Part shown: in pieces, positions 41,392 through 53,900 of the stretch
Position numbering within the stretch: the first letter of the stretch is position 1
Layout: every line of letters starts with the position of its first letter
NCBI GenBank assembly: GCA_051453625.1
Contig: JBOZIK010000001.1
Span: 34,715,539-34,779,538, forward strand
From: Welwitschia mirabilis
Taxonomy: Eukaryota
DNA: 64,000 nt
Reading direction: 5' to 3'
The notes under the pieces: model-generated
Told to the model about the DNA's origin: nothing
What the model saw: the letters and a program-made list of their open reading frames with translations, nothing else
The model's database searches: none
Translations under genes and position numbers: made by a program

Positions 41392-42587
41392 TTAATCTAA
41401 TTCCTTCTCTTCTTATTCTTCCTCCACCTCTTTAGAGTCTTCCTCTAAATCTTCCTCATATCCTCCAGTGCGAGCAGAGCTGGTAGCCTTAGGTGAGGTA
41501 TTTGCAATGTTATATATAGCCACAATAATGGTTTCTTTCATGTGTCTGGTGTGAGAGTTAATTCATCTCAGATATGAAAGAGACTTATCAGGAGATGCTT
41601 AGTTTAAAGTAGCAAAAGGATATTTTTTGGAGGGGAAAAAGATATGCATGCAAGACAAANNNNNNNNNNNNNNNNNNNNNNNNNNNNNNNNNNNNNNNNN
41701 NNNNNNNNNNNNNNNNNNNNNNNNNNNNNNNNNNNNNNNNNNNNNNNNNNNNNNNNNNNCTTAGTTTAAAGTAGCAAAAGGATATTTTTTGGAGGGGAAA
41801 AAGATATGCATGCGAGACAAAGTTGCAATCCCCATGGATGAGATAGGATAAAAGGTTTCAAACTTAAGATAAATGTTAACATGAAAATGGTGACAAATGT
41901 TAGTGATAAGCACAGAGTAGGATAAAGAACTAGTTTTGTGGTACTATAGCTGTGAGGCCATATTCTTCAGTGTTATGATAGGAGAGTCAATGGAATGCTC
42001 AGTTCCTATCAAATACATCAAATAAGCGTGATAGCAAGAAGCTTCATCATGATATCCAGCTAAATAAAGAATGTTATAAATGAAAAATAAATAAAGAAAA
42101 TGATACTTAGGAGTTAACAAAGAGGTAGATAAGGTATGATTCCAAGAGTGCATCCTATCACAAAGTTCCTTGATAATCATAGGCTTGTCTTTCATGGTTT
42201 TTTTAAGAGGTGAAAACTTCTCATAGTCTTCCTTTATAAGATTAGTTAGTAGAGAGATGAGTTAGCAGAGAGATGAGATTTACTATCACTCTTATTCTCT
42301 TACTCAAGACAAGGTTTTTAAGAGTCTTAAAATCATGATAAAAAGAGGCATTACACTAGAACTAAAACATCCATGAAATGGTTAAGATCTTGTTCTTTCA
42401 AGAGTTAAATAGCTTCCTTGAGTTCCCTGAGCTCTGATATGGCTACAGACTGCTCCTGATACACAACCTTTTTCTTAAACTTTTAAGTGAACTTCTCAAC
42501 ATTTTCTTCTGATATTACTTGGTAGAAGTAGGATGGTTCCCTTAAAATAACCTCCTTTTCTCTTCTCTTAGAATAACTTTCAGCCAT
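41392..42587 (-). pseudogene. Extra ('env-like') ORF of S2
   Basis: MAESYSKRREKEVILREPSYFYQ...MKDKPMIIKELCDRMHSWNHTLSTSLLTPKYHFLYL...IDSPIITLKNMA. Colinear with 31763-32807. Confidence 0.8.
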
Positions 42588-43095
42588 TCTAAGACCCTTA
42601 CTAGCAAATATGACTAAGAAAAATACTACATCTAGAAGTAAAAGCTCTCAATCTTACAAGAAATTTACTAGATCTGAGAGCTAGAGAGGGATAGAACATA
42701 ATCAAATCAAGTTAGAACTCTATCTCTTTTATAGACTAAAGAAATAGAGTAAAATAAATAAAGAAATCAGGTCCACTAACTATACTTCTACATTGTAATC
42801 CATCAAGTCTGGTCGACTACTCAAAGTTCCAGTCAACTTATCAAGACACAAGTCTATAGTACTAGAAGAGATCTAAGTAACTAGGCTCTTAGGCCAGTCG
42901 ACTGACCACATCCGATTGACTGAATCTATGATTTAATAGATTTCCTTACAATCACCTAAGGAATGATGACTTAGCCCCTAGATCATTTTCATGATTATCT
43001 GATTAATTATAGGTACTAGGTGGTTCATCCAAATTTACAAGATAACATTCAATTTTATCAAAATTTATCCTAATATCTTGATTTACATATAACAT

Positions 43096-44980
43096 TTAAT
43101 CAAATGATTTAACATCTAATATATATGTATTATCTATAAGTTTTGCTAGAAAAATAGAAGCATTCATTTTCTCATCCACAATAATACATTTTGATTTTTC
43201 ATAAATTATTTTATGCCCTTTATCACAAAGTTGACTTACACTTAATAAATTATATTTCAAACCATTAACATAAAGCACATTATCAAGTTTAGATGACATA
43301 CCTCCCTTGATGCATCTTATACCTTTTATTTTTGTTGTTTTGTTGTTTTTAAAGATAACTTCTCCTCTATTTATACTTTTCAAGTATTGAAAATTTAATT
43401 TATCTCTTGACAACAACCACTGTCTAGATACCAAATATTCTTACATGGTCCTCTAAAGTTTATCTATGTCAAAAAACTTTGAAGATTATTAGCTTTAATC
43501 CACTTAGTCTTATTTGACTTAGGTCATATGTTTTTCTTAGGAACAAGCTTAAAAAGTAATGTATTTAAATTTTTAGAGAAAAGCATTAATTGTTTAACTT
43601 TGCAAAAGGCAATAATGACCAAATTTACCACAAAAATTATATAAAATATTAGGCATAAACTTACTTATTTGGTTTACCTATTTTTGTTATTTTTGTATAC
43701 TAAATCTAATACCTGATTTTTCTTCAGTGGGCTTTGATACTCTAAGAATTTGCTCTAGTTTAGAAGAGCTACTAGAAAATTTATTTACAAAAAAAAAAAT
43801 GTTTTACCTAAGAAGTTAGCTTAATGTTGTCAGATTTGAGCACATTATATATCTCGTTTACTTCCTCCTTTTCTTTGATAATAATCTTTACTATTTTGTT
43901 CAACTTATTTGTTCTCTTAGATATCTTTTTACACTATTAATATAACTCTTAACATGTATTCTTTAGCTTATTTTCTCCATCATTAATCATATCTAAATCA
44001 TCTGACATTGATGTACTAGGCACATTTTAACTGATGGCCTAAAATTTATGAAATACAACCTTCTATCTCTATTTGAACCATGATCTGAATAGTTTTCCTC
44101 ATCTTCATCATCTTTATTATTCCAAGTAGTCATAATAAGGGGTTCTTTGACTTTCTATTATCCCTTTTAGTGTTAGAACACTCATTAGCCATATGTTTAA
44201 ATCCTTTGCATAATTAGTATTGGATTTTCTTTCACTTTTATTGCTCTTTTCTTTGTTTTAAATTACTTCTCCTTGAATTCCTACTTGATTCTTCTTCTTT
44301 TTTCTGTAAAGAAACTTTTTAAATCATCTAGCTAGAAGATCCACTTCATCATCATCGAGTTCTTTATCTAATATGTTCGATCTATATTCTTCCTATACAC
44401 ATTTTAAAACAATACTTTTTTTTCTATCTTTAACAGACTTAAACTCATAGGTTTGTAGATTATCTTGAAGTTCTTCTAATGCCATTGAATTGTTGTTTTT
44501 GCTTTCTTCGATGGCCGTGACTTTAGGTTTGAATCTCTTAGGTAGGAATTTCAAGACCTTTCTTACCACTTTTCCTTTCTCCATATGTTCTTTGAGGCTT
44601 GCCATTGAGTTCAAAATATCTTCAAGTCTAGAAAAAATCTCCTACAAAGTTTTTTCTTCGTCCATATGAATATCTTTAAATTTAGAAATGAACATCTAAA
44701 GTTTGGCTTATTTAACAATTGAGATTCCTTCATGTGCCACTTCAATAATATCCCAAGATTCCTTAGCATGATTATAGTTTACTATTTATTTGAATTCATC
44801 TATACAAACTGCATGAAAATTTACATTAAGAGCATAGGCACCAATGATAGCTTTTTCCTTATCTGTGGCCATCCATTGATCTCGAGATTTGAGAATTAGA
44901 ATAGTATTATTATTTGCATAGTTTAACCCATCAAACATAGGTAGATAATCGGTTGAAAATCCATCAAAATAATTACTCAT
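43096..44980 (-). pseudogene. gag-protease of S2
   Basis: MSNYFDGFSTDYLPMFDGLNYA, VVRKVLKFLPKRFKPKVTAIEESK, zinc knuckle CKGFKHMANEC, WYLDSGC, NVLYVNGLKYNLLSVSQLCDKG, ending YILDVKSFD*. Confidence 0.9.
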
Positions 44981-45032
44981 TTTTAGGGTTCTAAAGTTAA
45001 GATTGGTTAAAATATATTGAAGACTCAACTTA

Positions 45033-45044
45033 GCTCTGATATCA
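45033..45044 (-). promoter_or_regulatory. Primer binding site, tRNA-iMet type
   Basis: Minus strand reads TGATATCAGAGC (consensus TGGTATCAGAGC), adjacent to the LTR end. Confidence 0.85.
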
Positions 45045-45046
45045 AA

Positions 45047-46389
45047 TGATAGGATTGAGAACCTTAAATGGGGGTGAATAGGTTCTTTCAAAAACTTAAT
45101 GATTTATCTGAAATAAAACTATTTGAAATATAACTTACATATAAAAATAAATTAATCAAAGATGTGTACAATATAATAGAATATTAAAAGTAAAGAATCA
45201 AAAAATAAAAAGCACAAACTACCCATTTGATATAAACTAGATTTATAGTGGTTCGAGAACTCTCTTACTCCACTCTTAATGATCAGCTTCTTCCAAGCTA
45301 GATCTCAAATCTCTGTTACTTTACAAGTATTCCAAGTTCACCTGTAACCTTTACAAGCAAAATTTTCTAGGCTAAGTCTCAACCTTCATAATGAACTTTT
45401 CAATGCTTAGTCTCAACCTATAGCATAGACTTTTCAAGGCTTAGTCTCAGCCCTTAGAAAATAATGGTAGTGATGTAGTAATATCTTAATAGCCTAGATA
45501 TTACTCATTCCGAAAATAATATAATAGATAGAGCTCTTCTCTAGTAGAAATACATCAATGTAGATCTAGATCTAATAAAGAAGGAAGTATGAATTCCAAT
45601 AGTTGATCTCCTCCTATCAGTAATGTGGAAGCCAAGATACAATAATGTCAATGCACAACTTGATCTTTTAGATCCAAAATGATGTAGCTGAGTGATAATG
45701 GTTCCAAAATATTTCTTAGTCATATATAGCTTAGTTATTTATAATAAAGGCTATTAGCATTTATTATAATTGAATTATACCTCCAATGGCTATAAACAGC
45801 TGAAAAATAACTACCTAATAGATAGATAATGGATACATAATGTTTTAAAAAATTTCTTTTCCACACCATCTGATCGACCCCATGTGGTATTATGAATTAC
45901 ACAGGTTGCTCAAAAGGATTATTTAGTTACCCCATATTTTTACATCTCCATCTCTGGTCGATCGCATTTAAGTCTAGTTATCCTAGTCTAGTTGACTCCA
46001 TCTTGAGTCTAGTCAAGTCATTGTGTCTCAGTCTGGGAATACTATCTATCAGTTTCTTAAATATGGTCAACCCTATGAAAATTCGATTGATCCCTTGCCA
46101 TTTAGTTTAGGGACACTNNNNNTCTAAGCTATAGGTCTAGTTGACACCATCATAATCCAATCAATCCCTCTAGATGTAGTTTATTTTCCTTTAATAGTTT
46201 TAGGTGCGGTTGACTTCTTTAGGATTTGGTTGACCCCTCTATAGGATGAATTAACTAAATAAGTTTTTGGTGCATATTTTAGTTCCCTCTTTTAATCTAC
46301 AAAAACTCAAATTCTTCTATAAAAAATATATAATAGTTGCTATACAAGAGATATTAGTTTGACATCAATTGGTAAACTATAATCCAATG
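45047..46389 (-). repeat. Sirevirus 5' LTR of S2
   Basis: Runs from TGATAGGATTGAGAACCTTAAATGGGGGTGAATAG to AATCCAATG. Colinear with the other two LTRs and followed by unrelated gypsy gag sequence. Confidence 0.88.
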
Positions 46390-46740
46390 GGTTTCACTCA
46401 TGAATCTCTTAATAAAGGCTTCTTGAACTTGACTCTAATATTTTAGACTTTTATGGGGAATTGTTCTAATCCATAGTTTTAATTTATCTCTGAAAGTGAT
46501 GGGAAATATAACCATATAGGTTCTATTACATATACATTTTTACCGTTTCTGGAAGTAAGGACAAGTTATTCTATACTAGTGATGTGTTGTAAAGGATCCT
46601 CATCGGGTTCTCCACTAAAGGTATGATAATCATTAACTTATGGAGTTGTACATTATCACTAGAAGATAAGTCATAAAGAGTTTGAATTTCACATTTCTTG
46701 TTCACTATAAAATCTCTAAGAGCAACATGGGTATTGGTAT
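46390..46740 (-). pseudogene. N-terminal gag of gypsy element 2
   Basis: FSGEPDEDPLQHITSIE*L...MVIFPITFRDKLKLWIRTIPHKSLKY*SQVQEAFIKRF. Confidence 0.8.
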
Positions 46741-47453
46741 GAGAAAGAGTGGTAGTAGGGGTTCTATTAATAAGGGATAGAGTTAATGAGATAGGTTGTT
46801 TAAGCTTTTGAGTTTAAGTACACAGAGTGGCAAAATTGGATCCTATAGAAATAAAAGTGGAATTATAAAAATTTGAAAATCTTGTATACCTTTACTATTT
46901 TTACCTTTTTAATTTCTAAATTTAGCAAAACTTCTCTATTAATTTTAGTAATTAATAGTACCTCTCTTTGTTATTTTTCTTTATTATCAGAATTAACCAT
47001 TTATGTTTAGTATTAAGTACATAAATCGCCATTCTTATTATCATTCAAATGATAACCTAGATAATAGAAATATAGAAATTATAAGAAAGAAAAAGTAGAA
47101 ACAAAAATGAAAGACTGACTATGATAGAAAACTCAAAAAATAGACTATCATCTACCTGAGTTATCTATAATCAAAAGGATGATGAAACAAAATCCTAAAA
47201 ATCTAATAGAAAACTTAAATAAAAAACTTATGGCTTAAAGGCTATCATCATCATGCGTCTTTTGGAAGATGAAGTAGATGATGAGATTTTATTGCAGAAC
47301 AAAAAACTATACTTTGATTTGAAAAAAAGAAAACTAACTCTATACAAATTAAAAACCTATACTACTATAGATATTGTAACACCATTGTTGTAACAAGAAT
47401 CTAAACTAAAATACTTACTAAAGTAATAACAACTCTTGAACTCCAAGTAGTCC

Positions 47454-47474
47454 TTCCTGGTAATGATGCTAAGA
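47454..47474 (-). promoter_or_regulatory. Decayed Athila-type PBS
   Basis: Minus strand reads TCTTAGCATCATTACCAGGAA, the transition-decayed form of TTTGGCGCCGTTGCCGGGGA, directly after the LTR end. Confidence 0.7.
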
Positions 47475-48557
47475 TGTTACCATGCATATTTATGGAAGAT
47501 TTATATCCTGAATAGAATCCTATTAATTACAAATAATAATGCATAAATGTAACACACTAATATAGATAGGAGTTAATTCAAATTTTGTAATTCATCGAAG
47601 ACCAAAGTACAAAATAAAAGAGTTGCTTTTAAAATAAAAATACTAGTATCTTAATATACAAAAATAACTTGCAATGTATGAAATAAAAATGAAACATACT
47701 TATGCAAAGCTAATCTATGAAAAAAAAAAAAAAGTAATAATGCACTTAAACCTAAACTAACCAAACATAACCTTGATAAAGATTACCCTCATAAACTATA
47801 TCATAAGAGAAGTTGTAACTAGATCTTAAGCAACATAAGGTACAAGGGAGATAAACATTCACACATTAAAGCATAAAAAGGAAATGTTTCATATTAGAAA
47901 TTAAACTGCATCTGTATTATAAAGTAGTCATACCTCTATAGAGGAAACACCACCAAATAATAAATAAACATCTATCTAGAAGTACAAGTTGGATCTTATA
48001 TTACAATAATTTCAGGTATAAATGAAAACAAAGTGTCAAGGAGAATATCTCTATTTATTAACTAAAAACATAAACTAGAATAGACAAGAAGGTGTGGATA
48101 AACTGTAACAGCTGCGTAAAGAGGAAATAAAAATATAAGTGATGAAATTTTGATGAATGTTCTATACATACATTACAATAGTTTATCTAGCTAATTATAT
48201 GGATAATAAAGGAGATAATGCCACCTCATAATCGATCCATATTAGCTATCAGTCATACCTTAGTTAGCATTAAGTTGGCATGGTCATCTGTATGATAGTC
48301 TAAATAATGAGGTGGATGATGGCTTTCAATAATTCTTCACTTATTGTATGACCTTGATGTCTATAAGAAGTTATCATCAGAAATATAAAGTATTTATATT
48401 TATTTAGAATGGTTGTAAATGATCATAGAGATTACATATTTTCATCTTTTTCATCCCAGCTCTCCATTATTAGGAAAAAAACTAAGCATTTGCCTATATA
48501 TTTACCTACAAAACAACTCAGAATACCCTATTAAATGTATAAGTTGGTAGTACAATA
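47475..48557 (-). repeat. 5' LTR of gypsy element 2
   Basis: Runs from TGTTACCATGC to GTTGGTAGTACAATA. Colinear with 17680-18531 and 60884-61979. Confidence 0.82.
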
Positions 48558-49888
48558 AACCTGATCTAAATGAACACCTATCTAATTACCAAATTAAGTT
48601 ATTAGAAAAACTAACACTACATAACCTAAATCAGATAAGGAAACCATTACTAACCCTAGCTAACTTAAGTTATTTTAATGCATGATAATCTAAAATGTAG
48701 TTAAACCAATATCTACAATCTTAATAAAGGTTATTCTTATGACCTATATTATTAGTGAAACTATTATTAAATAAATAATAACATAAACCATAAGAAACAT
48801 TAAAAAGTATTAGTGAACAAAAGTGAAATAAAGTTTGTATTAAGTAAACTAGCATTCAGGTTACAAAGAAGCTATACCTCTATGAAGGATGCATAGCTCA
48901 ACACTAAGGAAGATGTCTCTCAACAACTATAGTGGATGGATCTCTTGCCATTTGATCTCTTATTACAAGAATTTATGATGCATTAAAGATAATATGAGGA
49001 TTGAATAATAGGTTTATTTATATAATAAGAAAAACATAATCCTTGCTCAAGGTATAATGGTCATGCTGGAAAATGTGCTCAATCCCGAGGGGAAAAAATG
49101 GATGAAATAGATGAAAGTAAACAATTTATTTTAGTTTTATTCTGACTATCATGGGAACATACTAAGAATAACACCTTATAATAATGGATGAGTCATCAAC
49201 TTTTAGCCTCATAGTAAGCCTCATAGTTAGCTCTAGATGTGTTGTTATCCTCCATGTCATGGGATGATATTGGGAACAATAAATATTTAGAAAAGAGGAC
49301 TTATTGCATCCTAACTCCAATCCACATCAACATCCTAAATAGCTTCTAAAGTGCTATTATCTTATCTATCATGGGGATGATAGTAGGGATGAAAGTATTC
49401 CTTGTCTTTCTAGCTTAAGAGAAATCAATATTTTACATCATTGATCTTCCTTAAAAGACTAAGTATTAAAATATATCTAAAATACCCCAAAATATGCCAA
49501 TAATTTCATGTTTCTATATCATTCCATTGAATTTTTATAATCATCATAATTACATCTAAACTTATACAAATGTCTTGAAAAAGTACTTAAAATACACAAT
49601 TAAAATCTTACAAATTAGTATTACATCATAGCATCCTACTTAGCCTTGTCAGTGCATGCTAAAATAAGTGATTAACAACATTGTGAGCTAATTTAACCAA
49701 TATAAGTAGTAACTAAAAAAATGTAAATCAAGTTTATTAATATTTAACATTTAAAAATAATTATCAAAAATCAATTAAATGATGTAATACCTTCATGCAA
49801 TACATAATAGATATGTCATCTTGTATGTCATCTAGATGATAATGGTGATGATAATGCTTAGAAAATCAAAATGAAAGTTACATGTCTA
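48558..49888 (-). mobile_element. 3' end of another Athila-like element (truncated LTR 48558-49628, PPT, 3' region)
   Basis: LTR boundary ...ACATCA followed by the reverse-complement PPT tagcatcctacttagcct. 49629-49888 matches the reverse complement of about 12380-12640. Confidence 0.72.
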
Positions 49889-50966
49889 TGTTATGTTATG
49901 AATTTGTAGTTATTTGATGAGGTTTTATGAGCTATTTTATGAGAAATTTACATAGATTTAGATAAAATTCTGAGGATTGTGAAGATTTAATAGAAGATCT
50001 ATGAAATGTGCAATTCTTACTAAGATTTAAGGCATTTAAGGCACATTATGATACTCATAGCTACGGAGCAAGGTTATTGATATGAATATTAGCTTCTCCT
50101 CCATTAAATAATTAAAGAAGACCATTGTTCCCTATGTCATCCCCAATGTAGGTAGGATGACAACAATGTTCAATGCTACGTGGACTACTAAAACACTGCT
50201 AAGTCACCATACTGAGTCATCTTTTGCAATAAGATATCATCTCCATCATCATCCAAATAATAATCAGGATGGTAGTAACATTGTAACCGATTATGATAGT
50301 TTTCCTTTAACCATTTCATCCATTTCTTAACTAGAAAAGAGCACATATTACAATGCCTTCTATTCATCCGTTCCTAACATGTAACCCTATGAATAAGTAT
50401 TATTTTGATTCTCCTCTCTATTTTCATTTAACTAGAAATTATTGTAACAAGAGATCAAAGAGTAAAATACCCATCTTGAAAGTTACTAAAAGATGTTCCC
50501 TTGGTGGAGGGCTATGTATCATCTATTAAGATCCAGCTTTTTTGCAACTTGGATGTTATTCCTTTTAACATAAAAACTTTATTTTCATTATTGCATATTA
50601 GTTAATCATATGTCCATTATAGTTTATGTTGCCCTTGATCTCATGACAATTTCATTGGTGATATAAATTATAAGGGCAACTTTTGTTAAGGCTAAAATAC
50701 ATAGTTTAGTTTCATTTTGCATTGCATTATTTAGTTGCATTTTGCATTTTCATTGCATCTTTTATTTCCTTCATTGTTATTTAAATCTAGTTACCATTTA
50801 CTGGTGAAAAGTAAACTGTCTTATCTCATAATCTTTAATGAGAATATGACATTAGAATTCACTCCCACTCATACTAATATGTTGTATTATGTAAGATGTA
50901 TATTTTATTTATGAAATGATATAATTGTTTTGAATATAGACACTTGCATAAATACATGCCATAACA
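49889..50966 (+). repeat. 5' LTR
   Basis: Runs from TGTTATGTTATG to GCCATAACA. Colinear with 55473-56541. Confidence 0.82.
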
Positions 50967-53900
50967 AATTGACATCATTATTGAAAAGGCTATTGAGGAG
51001 TATAAGACTTTTCATCATTGAGATGAATACATCAGATTTTTATTTGGTTAATTATTCATAGTGATGTTGTAATTTTATTAGGAATTGTAGATTTTTATTT
51101 GTAGTTTTTCAAATTTAGATTTTATTTTTAGATTTTAGTTTTTATAATAAAGTAATCTCTATTATTTCCTTTGTCATCTAGATTACCAGGAGGATGATAG
51201 CTTATGTGCCTTTTCATTTTTTAGTTTTCTACTATATTTAGTTTCTATTTTCTGCTCTCTCTGTTCATTATTCTCTCTATTATCCTGATGACAGACAAGA
51301 TGATAGTATGTTGTTTTTGATTTATTTTTAATTTTTTTCTAATTTTAAAATATTTTGACATGGTCAGTTTAGAAAAAAATATCAAAAAAAAAGTCTACTA
51401 AAATAAGAAAGTATCAGAGAAGGATTGATTAGCTGCAAAATAAAATCAAGAACACAATCTTTGGGTGCATATAATATCTCTTCCAAGTTGATTTTTGTTA
51501 AAACATTAAAGAAAGAAGAACTCAACTATAACTATGCACTTATCTTCATCTTGAATTAGGTTCTCTTGTTCTCATTTTTCTTAATTATGACTAGTGATAC
51601 AAAAACCCTTGTAAAAATTCTTACTGAAAGAAGAAGAAACTTGAAATAATCTGAGGATAATAGCAAGAAAAAACTTTAAGAACTTTTTTTAAAAAGATGG
51701 ATAATAATACAAAATGTTGTTGAGAGTAGGGATTAGATCCATTCCTTTTTTCAATGATCTTATTATTAACCCTTTTCTTTTGAAACTTCATATAAGAATA
51801 ATAATGAAAATCTTAGGGATTTAACCTTGTATAATCACTTTTATACATCTCATCCATCTCCCATGCATTACATGAAGAAGAACCATCTTCCATAAACTAC
51901 TATGAGGAAGAAAATGATCTAAGAAAATAAATGATTAATAAAACAAAGAAAATAATATAAAATACTAACAACAAACTAGAAAATTTGCTTGAGATCCTTT
52001 AACAAATACTATTGTAAAATGAAGGTTCTCTTATAATACAACAATTTCAAACCTATCATTTTGAGAAAAATGAGGAAAAACTAGAACTAAAGGATAATGG
52101 TTCTTATTTTTAAATAGAGAATGAAATTTTAAATTAAATTTTAACCTCCTATCATTAGGATATAATCAAAGGGAAGATAATAATAATTCAATTCTATCTT
52201 TCAACATTAAAGATAAGGATGACCATTTATTAGATATTGATATTGAGGTATTAGATTATATCCTTGAAATCCGTTTACTAGATCAAGAATACATTTATGA
52301 AAAATCTAAAAATTTCTTAATCTATCATAGACATAATGATTGCATATCTTCTTTTTATAAAAATGATAACATGTAATAAGACGATGGGGATCGTAAAGAA
52401 GAAGAAGATGATGACATTGAAATATTAAATCAGATCCCTTGTTTTCACATACTTTGCAAAAATGAAGGATTTTTATCTTTAAAAGAAGTTTAACTTATGA
52501 GATTAATAGAGATAAGTACTAAGATAAAATTAATGAAAAAGAATCAACTCAGTAATAGCAACTCAAATGGGATTATAGTTTAGAGTTAATAGAATTATTC
52601 AAAGAGGAAAAGGAGTTAAATCAATAAATATCAGAAAATCTTTCATCACATAATAAAGACAATGAGAGATTTACTTTATATAATCTTTTTAATGATATTT
52701 TTAAGGAATCTACCAACTTAGAAAAGAAAAATAATCCTCAATGAAATAAGAAAGAATAACAAGATACAATCAATGATAACAATAATAAAGAGGAGGGAGA
52801 TATGATCAAGAAAGAAAGCATTCAATCAAGTAACTCTCCAAATCACATCATTGTCCTTAAAATTTATGAACTACATCATCTTGAGGACTTGACTTCAAAA
52901 ATATCACAATCCTTTCCTTGGAAAACTTCAAAAAGTAACATCTTTTCCTCTTTTAAAAAGCTAACTCTACCTTGCATTTTCAATGATAATTGTTTTCAAA
53001 AACAAAACTCGGGATATTTTGGAATTCTAAATTGGGGCAAGCCATACCTTCTTAATTGAAACACATATTTAGAATTACATATTAAAGAGCTTCTTAGGTA
53101 TGTAAACCTATCTTAATCACTTATTCTAAATGCTTTATATTATGAGTTTGATAAGAGATTATAGTTCTATGAGTTATATGAATTTTTTATCTCTTTTATT
53201 ACTACTAAATTTTTTGAAAATAAAATGTCATGTGCTCATTGGAAAAAGTCTTATTTTCCTAATAAACATTAATGTCTTGAATCCAATGATAGAAAACATT
53301 TTAACGAGCTTTTAGAATCATCATGGATACTTTCTTTGAGACCCTTCTCTTAGGATCTTTATAATGATTCTCAAGACTCACAAAGTTATCATAAGAGATT
53401 ATTTGATACTTATCACTTCTTTACCTCTTGTTTGAATTGTAAAATTTATGTTGTTAAAGGATTATCTTTTTATTATTTCCTCTTCTAATTGATTTTTCTT
53501 ACAAATGATTCCATACCTTTTATGTTTTATTAATTAGTGAATATTTGATTTGGACCTTTTTTTTTTTGAAAGAATACAACATCTTAAGACCATTTTTATT
53601 TTTCTTTCTTTTTAATAAAAGTGTGAGTAGATTTTAGATTTTGAATAAAACTTGCTTTGGTGCTTCCTTTTCGATTTTGTGATTTTTATGATTTTGATTT
53701 CGATTTTTATCTTTTTGTTTCAATAGTTTCTATTTCATTTTCTAGCTTTAATTTTCTACTAGACTCTATTTTCTATTTTTACTTTCTATCTCTATTGTCT
53801 GCATGACTAGAAGGGCGATTGTTAATTGTTTTTGGTTTATTTTAAGAAAATACATTTTGATGGCTTTGTTAAGATTTCTGACTTAAGTACTTAATAATTT

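Larger units (their letters stand above)
29651..46389 (-). mobile_element. Tandem complex of two non-autonomous Sirevirus-type copia elements
   Basis: Three full LTRs (29651, 39183, 45047), two LTR-end fragments (36927, 38056), iMet-type PBSs, two gag-PR regions, two extra ORFs, and no IN/RT/RNaseH motifs. Confidence 0.88.
17680..48557 (-). mobile_element. Athila-like Ty3/gypsy element 2, interrupted within gag by about 18 kb of nested insertions
   Basis: Matching LTRs at 17680-18531 and 47475-48557, PBS next to the right LTR, PPT next to the left LTR, and gag split between 46390-46740 and 27600-28440. Confidence 0.75.
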
